Source: an uncultured Gemmataceae bacterium (GTDB taxonomy: Bacteria > Planctomycetota > Planctomycetia > Gemmatales > Gemmataceae). Taken from it: 32,000 nucleotides of DNA. Positions within the stretch are counted from its first letter, which is position 1. The number at the start of each line of letters is the position of its first letter. A model generated the notes under the pieces. That model was given only the letters and a program-made list of their open reading frames with translations. It was not told where the DNA came from and searched no databases. Location: the NCBI GenBank assembly GCA_963804745.1, contig CAWDRY010000038.1, positions 56,047-88,046 of the forward strand. The letters run 5' to 3'. A program made the translations under genes and the position numbers. Below are positions 10,601 to 17,849 of this stretch, piece by piece.

Positions 10601-10818
10601 TGCGCCGTGGGCAACCAAACAATAACGGCCAGGCTTGCATGGGAATTGCCCACCGCTCTGGCAAGATGTTCAGCATCGGCGGCAAAGGGGAGGGCAGGGG
10701 AGTCCGGAGTTTTCGGCTTGCGGCCTCGTGCCTTGACGGTGACAGCCCGAAGCTCCAGGGGCCGTTCACCCCAGACCAGGAATTGATCGTTACTGATGCC
10801 TGCTTGCAAGACGATCAT
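7681..10818 (-). pseudogene. SNF2-family helicase (~1046 codons) broken by at least 8 reading-frame switches
   Basis: The N-terminus is MIVLQAGISNDQFLVWGE. Helicase motifs: [90 protein letters not shown]. The tail is [26 protein letters not shown]-stop at 7681. These pieces lie in successive minus frames (ORFs 10030..10818, 10230..10571, 8774..10450, 9163..9909, 8016..9353, 8024..8437, 7960..8151, 6773..7912). Confidence 0.85.
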
Positions 10819-10860
10819 AAGTGGCGTCCTTCCGTGCGGTCAGTATATGACTGGTCATCA

Positions 10861-11715
10861 CTACTGTTTCGGCACCAGCGCTGCCCGGCTGAACTGCTCC
10901 GGCTTCAGGTCGGGGTTGAGCTTGATGTCGCGGAAGTAATACTCGGCGATCAGCTTGCCTTCCTCACCCTTGAGCACCGAGCCGATTTGCAGCCAGTTTT
11001 CCTTATCTATGTAGATCGTCAGTTCCGTGATGCCGTCGGCTTCGGGCTTCTGGTACTTTGTGCGTTTGAGCTTCCAGCAGAGTCGATCATTGCATTCCTT
11101 CAGCTTGACCTCGCCGATATAGTCGACGTGCAGAGCCTTCTTTTCGTTGGCGGCTTTCCAGCTATCCAGCGTGCGCTGGGCACCGATGTACAGGCCGAAT
11201 TCCTTGAGAGTGTAGCGTCCCGACTGGCGGGAATCGTCGCTGTCCATGTCACGCTCAACGATGTCGCCGACAAGGAGCCGCGCGAGCTGCCCATAAGGCC
11301 GGGCCAGCATCTTGCCATCGTTTTCGCCCTCGACGTACAGTGTGCGCTCGGCCTTACGGGCGCCTTCCTGCCAACAGAAGTAAACGCTGTATGGCTTCTC
11401 CCGGAAGCAAACATCAATAATTTCCTTGTCCTGCAATTTTCCTGTCTCGATGCCGCCGATGCGCTCCTGCTTATGGAAAGTGAGGGTGTAACACTTGACA
11501 TCGCGTTTGTAGCGGCGCAGGCAATTCTCCATGAAGGCAATGGGATTCTCCTTGGCAAGTCGCTCCATTTGAGCAGCATCCGGCAGGGCCTTGCCGTCGT
11601 CAGTAATGCCGCTGCTGCTGGCATTCGAATTCGAGGCCGGCTCGATGGGACCAGGCGTGGCGGGGGCACAGTCGGCCACGGCAAGGCATACAAACAGAAA
11701 CAGAAAGCGACGCAT
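10861..11715 (-). CDS. DUF1571-family lipoprotein
   Basis: Signal peptide with lipobox (LFVCLAVADC). The core CYTLTFHKQERIGG...VCFREKPYSVYFCW...LYVEGENDGKM matches my memory of DUF1571. Confidence 0.65.
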   Translation of the reverse strand: MRRFLFLFVCLAVADCAPATPGPIEPASNSNASSSGITDDGKALPDAAQMERLAKENPIAFMENCLRRYKRDVKCYTLTFHKQERIGGIETGKLQDKEIIDVCFREKPYSVYFCWQEGARKAERTLYVEGENDGKMLARPYGQLARLLVGDIVERDMDSDDSRQSGRYTLKEFGLYIGAQRTLDSWKAANEKKALHVDYIGEVKLKECNDRLCWKLKRTKYQKPEADGITELTIYIDKENWLQIGSVLKGEEGKLIAEYYFRDIKLNPDLKPEQFSRAALVPKQ

Positions 11716-11946
11716 TTGTGCTCCTCCTGTCCTTGGGGTGATCGATTCTCCGAACAGAGTAGTTTAGGGGCTTTACTGAAAATGGACAACTGAGTTTTGT
11801 GCAGGCCGGCTCGTGGGTGCAGAACCTTGCGTTTCCACCTGCCTCCTCAACGAGCCAGTTCATCTTCGGTGTACCCGGACAGGTAAAGCACTTTAGCTTC
11901 GGGCCGCAGATGGGTCAATCTCTGTGCGAGATGGCGACCGATCAGA

Positions 11947-12085
11947 GTGCAGGACACGGTTTGCAACGGCGCGTGAAATACCCTGGAGGCTCTGTAGCCG
12001 AATTCGCCAGAATTCGGGGCCTGGGGAGAGAGCACAGCCCCCGAATTCTGGCGAATTCGGCTACGACGCAAACCATGTCCTGCAC
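11947..12085. repeat. 139-nt nested palindromic element in the DUF1571/feoA divergent intergenic region
   Basis: Outer arms are GTGCAGGACACGGTTTGC (11947-11964) and GCAAACCATGTCCTGCAC (12068-12085). Inner arms of 27/28 nt are GTAGCCGAATTCGCCAGAATTCGGGGC (11994-12020) and its complement (12037-12064). Each inner arm is itself a hairpin (CCGAATTC-nnnn-GAATTCGG). Confidence 0.8.
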
Positions 12086-12185
12086 CAGACCGGTCATGTT
12101 ACATGAAATGGGACACGATGACGCAGTGAAAATGCTGGTAAACATGCTTGCTTACAAAAAAGTAAAGAATCTTGCAACCATGGAC

Positions 12186-12224
12186 TTGACAAAGCTAGCA
12201 GAGCATGTAGACTGAGATTCAGTC
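12186..12224 (+). promoter_or_regulatory. candidate sigma70-type promoter with overlapping palindromic operator upstream of feoA
   Basis: TTGACA (12186-12191), a 16-nt spacer, then TAGACT (12208-12213). The palindrome GACTGA-GAT-TCAGTC (12210-12224) overlaps the -10 and start region. The site lies ~150 nt upstream of feoA. Confidence 0.35.
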
Positions 12225-12373
12225 TCAATAAAACCCTGGCAAGAACAGCGTTCGTTCTGCAAGGAATGAGGCTTTTGAGTCGAGAAATGTTGCTTCCCCT
12301 GAAATTGCTGGTTCGTCCGGTCGCCTTGGCGGGATGATCATTCCTATCCGACACTTCCAACCAGGATCGGTGC

Positions 12374-12622
12374 ATGGCTTCTCTGGACAAGACGCCGGTT
12401 GGCCAACGAGTCCGCATCACGGCAATCCACGGCGACGACGCCATCTTTCAACGTCTCCTGGAAATGGGACTGCTGGAGGGCGAAGAAATCGAAGTTATCG
12501 GCTTCGCTCCTCTCGGTGATCCGATGGAAATTCGTTTGCGTGATTATCGGCTCAGCCTGCGGCGGAGTGAGGCGGCCAGGATTGACGTGACTCGCCTTGC
12601 AGATGATGGGGTGACAAGGTGA
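12374..12622 (+). CDS. feoA: ferrous iron transport protein A
   Basis: 82-aa ORF with the FeoA pattern (VGQRVRITAI..D....RLLEMGLLEGEEIEV......GDPMEIRLRDYRLSLRRSEAARI). It lies directly upstream of feoB. Confidence 0.9.
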   Translation: MASLDKTPVGQRVRITAIHGDDAIFQRLLEMGLLEGEEIEVIGFAPLGDPMEIRLRDYRLSLRRSEAARIDVTRLADDGVTR

Positions 12623-12686
12623 CAAGGTGAAAGGGTGACAAGGTGACAAGGTGACAGGGTGACAGGGTGACAAGGTGACAAGGTAA
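12609..12686. repeat. tandem octanucleotide array (GTGACARG) x ~9-10, covering the last feoA codons and its stop
   Basis: Direct reading gives GTGACAAG x2, GTGAAAGG, GTGACAAG x2, GTGACAGG x2, GTGACAAG x2, then a degenerate unit. The feoA TGA stop is part of a repeat unit. Confidence 0.95.
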
Positions 12687-12752
12687 AGAGGCGACGGCAT
12701 TCCAATTCTGCCGAGGTTTTGGCGATGAAGCAAGTGAAGAAAGAAGCAAGCT

Positions 12753-15011
12753 ATGGAGTCACCCTGTCACCCTGTCACCCTGTCACCTTGTCATCCTGTC
12801 ACCTTGTCACCCTGTCATCCTGTCACGGTGGCTCTCCTCGGCAACCCCAACACCGGCAAGACGACGCTCTTTAACGCCCTGGCCGGCATGCGGCAGCGGG
12901 TGGGCAACTATCCCGGCGTCACCGTCGAAACGAAAAAGGGGCGGATGACCCACCAGGGCCAGGTGTTTCACGTGGTTGATCTCCCCGGCACCTACAGCCT
13001 GGCGCCGCGCAGTCCGGACGAGATGGTCGCGGTCGATCTCATCCTCGGGGATCAAGCAGGCGAGGAACGACCCGACGTAATAGTCGCCATCGTCGATGCC
13101 TCCAACCTCGAACGCAATCTTTACCTGACCACGCAGGCGATGGAAGTGGGCGTGCCGGTCGTCATCGCGCTTAACATGATCGACGTGGCCGAGCGGCAGG
13201 GATTGCACATCGACACGGAACGATTGGCTCGCCAGCTTGGCATGCCCGTTGTCCCAATTCAGGCGAACAAGCGGAAGGGACTGGACCGGCTCAAACAGGC
13301 GGTTGCGGAAGCAGTGGTCAGTGGTCAGTGGTCAGTGGTCAGTGGTCAGTGGTCAGTGGTCAGTGAGAGGAGAAACCAGGGGACGTGGCGGGCACCGCCA
13401 TTTCCCGAGGCATTCGAGCGTGAGGCAACAGCGCTGCACGACGCTATTGGCGATAGCACGCCTCCGTTTCTTGTTCGCCGGCTACTTCTGGACGTTGGCG
13501 GCCATACTGAGCGATGTTTCGCCGAACGCAACGGAGCGAATCTCCCTGATCTAGTGAAAGCGGCACGAGAGCGGCTGGCGGCGGCGGGTTGTGCAGTGCC
13601 GGCCGTGGAAGCCAGGACGCGCTATGCCTGGATTCGGCAAGCGACGGCAGACTGCATTCTCCGTCCCGAACAACGGCCCGTCATCTGGACTGATCGGCTC
13701 GACCGCGTGCTGACGCACTGGCTCTGGGGCACGCTGATCTTTCTAGCGCTGATGGCCGTCGTGTTCACGTCGATCTTCTATCTGGCCGACCCGCCCATGA
13801 AGGTGATCGAAAACGGCAAAAACGCCCTCGGCAACAGGCTGAGTGACTGGCTGCCGCCCGGACCCCTCACCAGCCTGCTGATCAGGGGTGTGCTGGAGGG
13901 CGTCGGCAGCGTGCTCAAGTTCCTGCCGCAGATCCTCATCCTGTTCGGCTTCCTCGCCATCCTGGAGGACTGCGGCTACATGGCCCGGGCTGCGTATCTC
14001 ATGGACAAGATCATGAGCCAGTGCGGGCTGAACGGCAAGTCGTTCATTCCGATGCTCTCCTCGATGGCCTGCGCGGTGCCCGGCATCATGGCGACGCGCG
14101 TCATCGAGAACCGGCGCGATCGGCTGGCGACCATCCTCGTAGCTCCGCTGGTGAGTTGTTCAGCCCGGCTGCCGGTGTACACGCTGCTGATCGCCGCCTT
14201 TATTCCCACGGACACGGTCCTCGGCTACTGCCTGCCTGGGCTGGTCATGTTCTCCATGTACATGATCGGTCTCATCGTGGCGCCGCTCGTGGCTCTGTTG
14301 CTGAAGCGGACGCTGCTGCGCGGCGAGACGCCGGCCTTTGTCATGGAGATGCCGCTCTACAAATGGCCGTCGCCGCGGCTGGTGATCCGGCGCATGCTCG
14401 ACAGCGGCTGGGCTTTCGTTCGCCGGGCGGGCACGCTCATCCTGGCCAGCATGATTCTCGTCTATGCCCTGTTGTACTTCCCTTCCAACGGCTACGACCA
14501 GCAAATTGCCGATCTGCGAGATGATCTCAAGAAGACGACAGACAACGACGCTCGGAAGGACATCAAGGAGCAGATCAACAAGTGTGACGGCGACTGGAAA
14601 CGACAAAGCATCCTGGGCCGGACGGGGCGTGCCATCGAGCCGGCCGTGAAACCTTTGGGCTGGGATTGGCGCATCGGCATGGCGGCATTGGCAAGCTTCC
14701 CGGCTCGCGAGGTCGTGGTCGGCACGTTGGGGGTCATCTACAACGTTGGTGAGGCGGAACCTCAGAAACTGCACGACCCGCTGAAGAATGCGACCTGGGA
14801 TGACGATCCTGGCCGCAAGGTCTTCACGATACCGACGGCCCTATCGCTGATGGTGTTCTTTGCGTTATGCTGTCAATGCGCCTCGACGCTGGCGGTGATT
14901 AAACGCGAGACACGAAGCTGGCGCTGGCCGATTTTCACGTTTGTGTACATGACGGTATTGGCGTATGTCGGGGCGCTGGTGGTATATCAGATAGGGAGCT
15001 TGATAATCTGA
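12753..15011 (+). CDS. feoB: ferrous iron transporter FeoB
   Basis: Intact 752-aa ORF. G-domain motifs are GNPNTGKTTLFNALAG, DLPGTYS and NMID, followed by multi-pass membrane gate regions. The first 24 codons are repeat-encoded (SPCHPVTL x3). An in-frame GTG at 12828 is an alternative start just before ALLGNPNTGKT. Confidence 0.95.
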   Translation: MESPCHPVTLSPCHPVTLSPCHPVTVALLGNPNTGKTTLFNALAGMRQRVGNYPGVTVETKKGRMTHQGQVFHVVDLPGTYSLAPRSPDEMVAVDLILGDQAGEERPDVIVAIVDASNLERNLYLTTQAMEVGVPVVIALNMIDVAERQGLHIDTERLARQLGMPVVPIQANKRKGLDRLKQAVAEAVVSGQWSVVSGQWSVVSERRNQGTWRAPPFPEAFEREATALHDAIGDSTPPFLVRRLLLDVGGHTERCFAERNGANLPDLVKAARERLAAAGCAVPAVEARTRYAWIRQATADCILRPEQRPVIWTDRLDRVLTHWLWGTLIFLALMAVVFTSIFYLADPPMKVIENGKNALGNRLSDWLPPGPLTSLLIRGVLEGVGSVLKFLPQILILFGFLAILEDCGYMARAAYLMDKIMSQCGLNGKSFIPMLSSMACAVPGIMATRVIENRRDRLATILVAPLVSCSARLPVYTLLIAAFIPTDTVLGYCLPGLVMFSMYMIGLIVAPLVALLLKRTLLRGETPAFVMEMPLYKWPSPRLVIRRMLDSGWAFVRRAGTLILASMILVYALLYFPSNGYDQQIADLRDDLKKTTDNDARKDIKEQINKCDGDWKRQSILGRTGRAIEPAVKPLGWDWRIGMAALASFPAREVVVGTLGVIYNVGEAEPQKLHDPLKNATWDDDPGRKVFTIPTALSLMVFFALCCQCASTLAVIKRETRSWRWPIFTFVYMTVLAYVGALVVYQIGSLII
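12758..12826. repeat. tandem octanucleotide array (CYTGTCAC-type) x ~8.5, the reverse complement of the 12609-12686 array
   Basis: Units read GTCACCCT x3, GTCACCTT, GTCATCCT, GTCACCTT, GTCACCCT, GTCATCCT, GTCAC. The array starts 3 nt after the ATG at 12753. Confidence 0.95.
13314..13365. repeat. tandem heptanucleotide array (GTGGTCA) x 7 inside feoB
   Basis: Seven perfect GTGGTCA units span 13314-13362, plus a partial GTG. They are translated as VVSGQWSVVSGQWSVVS, between the G domain and the following helical domain. Confidence 0.95.
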
Positions 15012-15025
15012 GGAAGCATCGGAAC

Positions 15026-15241
15026 ATGAACTGGCAACTCTTCATCGCCGGCCTGATCGTCGCCGGCGCTACCGGGTATCTGGCCCGGCAGACCTGGCGT
15101 AGCTGGAGCGGCCGCAAGAAAGCCGGCTGTGGCGGCGGATGCTGCGGCAGCCAGCAGAGTTCAGCAACGACGGACGGTCAGGCCAACCTCATTCCCGCCG
15201 AGCAAATCAGCGTGCGCCGCCGATCATCCGACCCGTCATAA
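15026..15241 (+). CDS. FeoB-associated Cys-rich membrane protein
   Basis: A single N-terminal TM helix (WQLFIAGLIVAGATGYLA) is followed by a basic stretch and a GCGGGCCG cysteine cluster. It starts 15 nt after the feoB stop. Confidence 0.75.
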   Translation: MNWQLFIAGLIVAGATGYLARQTWRSWSGRKKAGCGGGCCGSQQSSATTDGQANLIPAEQISVRRRSSDPS

Positions 15242-15297
15242 AGCCCCTTTCTTGCTATCATAAGCCGCAGCCCCATCCATTAACACAGGGAAGCGCT

Positions 15298-16302
15298 ATG
15301 TCACAAGGAACTGAAGGACATTTGGAACACGCGGAACATGCTCAGCACGCGGCACACGATCCGTTCGACCGGCGCGTGGCGATGACGATGACGATTGTGG
15401 CGGCGGTGCTGGCGTGCGTCACCATGCTCAGTCATCGGGCACATAATGACAGGCTCGCGCTCCAGAATGATGCGCATGCTGAGCAGACCGAGGTATTGAG
15501 TATCCAGAATGAGGTGATCCGCTTGCAGAACGAAGCGGGAGATGACAAGACCGAAGTGGTGCGCGTCGTTCTGCAAGCGCTAGACATAAAGAACGAGGGG
15601 ATCAGCCAACAGAACGACAAGTCTGCTTTGCAGGCAGACTCGAACAAGCTGATGACACAGGTTGACACCCTGCACACCAAGGCTTCCGACCAGTGGAGCT
15701 ATTTCCAGGCCAAGAAGAACCGCCAATACTTGTACGAGGCTTGTGCAGAACTCCTCTCCGTGACCGCCAAGGATGCCAACAATCCGAAAGCCGCCGAAGA
15801 AGCCAACCAGTTCATCATGGACTGGAAAAAGAAGACAGAGGAATACCAGGCAGACACCAAGAACATTGAGAAGGAGGCACGCGGTCTCGAAGCGGAAGCC
15901 AAGAAGCTTTTAACTGAAGATCAAAAGAAACAGCAGGAAATCGACAAGAAACAGCAGGAAATCCAAAAGACGCAGGAGAAAGCTCAACAAAAGCAGGCCG
16001 AGATCCAGAAAATGCTAGAAGCGGCACAGGAGAAGAAGAGCGAGATCCAGAAAAAGCAACAAGAAGCCCAGAATAAGCAAGCGGACAGATCTTACGAGAA
16101 GACACGCGAGAAAAGCCATCAGGTCCACCTCCGCGCTAACCGATATGATTACTCGGAACTAGGACTCGAGATGGCACTGATCCTGTGTTCCGTCGCCGTG
16201 TTGACAAAACAGCGAGCTTTCTGGTTTTCGGGCATGGTTGTCGGATTGGTGGGACTGTCAATAGCTACCACGGGCTGGTTTGGGTTGTTCATGCCGCACT
16301 GA
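15298..16302 (+). CDS. DUF4337-family membrane protein with His-rich N-terminus and expanded Q/K/E coiled-coil insert
   Basis: Family-like features: HLEHAEHAQHAAHDPFDRRVAMTMTIVAAVLA.., ASDQWSYFQAKKNR, and a C-terminal TM pair. The 334 aa are longer than the family size I remember (~190 aa) because of a KKQQEI/QKxQ repeat region (15900-16090). I prefer the ATG at 15298 over the ORF-track start at 15139, which overlaps the previous gene. Confidence 0.6.
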   Translation: MSQGTEGHLEHAEHAQHAAHDPFDRRVAMTMTIVAAVLACVTMLSHRAHNDRLALQNDAHAEQTEVLSIQNEVIRLQNEAGDDKTEVVRVVLQALDIKNEGISQQNDKSALQADSNKLMTQVDTLHTKASDQWSYFQAKKNRQYLYEACAELLSVTAKDANNPKAAEEANQFIMDWKKKTEEYQADTKNIEKEARGLEAEAKKLLTEDQKKQQEIDKKQQEIQKTQEKAQQKQAEIQKMLEAAQEKKSEIQKKQQEAQNKQADRSYEKTREKSHQVHLRANRYDYSELGLEMALILCSVAVLTKQRAFWFSGMVVGLVGLSIATTGWFGLFMPH

Positions 16303-16319
16303 CCGGAGGCAACCGGTCA
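16300..16319 (+). terminator. stem-loop overlapping the DUF4337 stop codon (possible operon terminator; no U-tract)
   Basis: TGACCGG-aggcaa-CCGGTCA, a perfect 7-bp stem. The downstream sequence is not T-rich. Confidence 0.3.
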
Positions 16320-16443
16320 GAGTTCAGAAGCGTTTTCCGGCACCTGGCTTGTCTTCTGCGCCGGACCGCCATGAAGGAATTGACGCACAGTCCCACAAAG
16401 ACTGCACACAGGAGTGCCATGATCGAGGAGCACAAGTTCCGGG

Positions 16444-16777
16444 TTAAGTCCGTGATCGTTTTCGGCTTCGACCAGGTTTGGCCCGGTCCGCGAGCCACTT
16501 CTTGAACGAAGTCTGGCTCTCGGCCGAAGGCTGGCCGGCCAGCAGGTTCGCGACGCTAATGTCCTCGTCGATGGCCGGCCAGTGGATTCCCCGGCCACCG
16601 GCTATGAGTCGCCAGGTATTTCCGTTCCTCGGGCGTGGCATGTGCCAGGCGAGGATACCAGCCCACCGGCGCGGCGACGGTGCGGCCGTTGGCCAGTTCA
16701 ACAGTCAGAGTATCGTCGCTGACATCTACCTGAATGGCAAGTGCAAATCCTGCTTTCAAATGGTCACTTCGAGGCAT
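16444..16777 (-). pseudogene. DUF2442-family protein with one frameshift
   Basis: ORF 16556..16777 gives ..LTVELANGRTVAAPVGWYPRLAHATPEERKY. The family continuation (W)RLIAGGRGIHWPAIDEDISVANLLAG lies in ORF 16444..16701, a different frame. Confidence 0.65.
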
Positions 16778-17669
16778 CAGGATGCTCCAGAATGATCAAT
16801 TGCCTTTCGCCATAGAGCGATGGCTTGTCTGGCGGGTCATAACGCACTTTCAGCCAAATTCGGGTGATGTCGGGACTATAACTGCTCCACGGTAGGCATA
16901 ACGTGTAGCCCTTACCAATCGCATCCTTCCGTCGCACTCTTTGGAGAGTTTCGCCGTCGATACGCCAGACTTCCTGAAGGTCGGGAGGCTCGTTAGCCTT
17001 GGTTGTCTCCCTATGAAGTTCCACGACCACCTCACCATTCCCGTACTGCGGCACTTCGGCCTTTTCACCGATTAGATACAGTCTGCCGGTCAAACATGCA
17101 ATTCGTTCGCCATCATGTGAGAGATCGGCGTGGAAAACGATGTTCTTTTCCCAGTTGGCGACGATGCTGGCCCCTTTCCTGAGAGGCATGCCGCTCTTGG
17201 CCACTACCCGACAGCCTGAGAATGCAATAAAGAATGGACCATCTTGTTCGCCCTTCCTCCCTTCACATAGGCCGCAGATCGTGACGACCTGGGGAGGCTC
17301 CAAATCCACCAATTGCTTGCGATCCTCGGCGTCGAACCGAAATGCGATGCAAGTCTCGGGAGCGCGGCTACCTTCTATCGTCGGCACATAAACCGGCGGA
17401 GTATGATCCGGATATCCCAGAACGCTCTTGACCAGCCCGGTGACCTCTACTTGCTTGTTCGTGAAGTTCTCGTCGGCAAAGGCATCGTTGGTGCGGTAAG
17501 CCCGGAACAACTCTGCGGCAGTCGTTTTCCTCACGGTTGAAGTATTGCCATCGAACTCTGCTCCTTTATGGTTATCGCCCTTGCGGAGCGGCAAGTCTGC
17601 TTTCCTCTGTGGCTCGTCGGCGGCGATTAACAAACAAGCAAAAACACCAATCAGGATGTGTATTCTCAT
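16764..17669 (-). CDS. secreted hypothetical protein with tRNA_anti-like OB-fold segment
   Basis: Signal peptide MRIHILIGVFACLLIAA. TAAELFRAYRTNDAFADENFTNKQVEVTGLV resembles the OB-fold 'tRNA_anti-like' domain pattern. The remainder is unrecognised. Confidence 0.5.
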   Translation of the reverse strand: MRIHILIGVFACLLIAADEPQRKADLPLRKGDNHKGAEFDGNTSTVRKTTAAELFRAYRTNDAFADENFTNKQVEVTGLVKSVLGYPDHTPPVYVPTIEGSRAPETCIAFRFDAEDRKQLVDLEPPQVVTICGLCEGRKGEQDGPFFIAFSGCRVVAKSGMPLRKGASIVANWEKNIVFHADLSHDGERIACLTGRLYLIGEKAEVPQYGNGEVVVELHRETTKANEPPDLQEVWRIDGETLQRVRRKDAIGKGYTLCLPWSSYSPDITRIWLKVRYDPPDKPSLYGERQLIILEHPDASK

Positions 17670-17769
17670 GGCAAACCTCCGTGTGAACCAGGTGCGGTCT
17701 TTTGAATGATAAAAGCGTCTCTTCTCGCGCCAGGCTCAGGATTATCGTCTTTCGGGAACACCCGGACAA

Positions 17770-17785
17770 GTTCAAAGCCCGGCGT
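17770..17785. repeat. left copy of target-site duplication of the IS
   Basis: GTTCAAAGCCCGGCGT (plus an ambiguous T) is identical to 19239-19254. Confidence 0.8.
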
Positions 17786-17849
17786 TGTCACACCAAAGTA
17801 GAAATGTCCTCCTTTTGCCCCAGATAGAAATGTCCGGTGTCGCTACCAG

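Noticed and set aside
10498-11793. Long ORFs antisense to real genes (e.g. 10498..11793, 19822..20934, 6746..7729, 7850..8581, 2899..3735, 18133..19131, 14160..14774)
   Set aside because: They lie opposite well-supported genes and are rich in Arg/Pro/Gly/Ala low-complexity sequence, typical of shadow frames in GC-rich DNA. They show no recognisable motifs.
12609-12826. Short direct repeats that might be taken for a CRISPR array
   Set aside because: The units are contiguous 8-mers with no spacers. The two arrays are inverted relative to each other and overlap feoA and feoB coding sequence. No cas genes are nearby.
15139-15297. Upstream extension of the DUF4337 ORF to the ATG at 15139
   Set aside because: The extension overlaps the FeoB-associated Cys-rich gene in another frame and encodes basic low-complexity sequence. 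Family-like sequence begins after the ATG at 15298.
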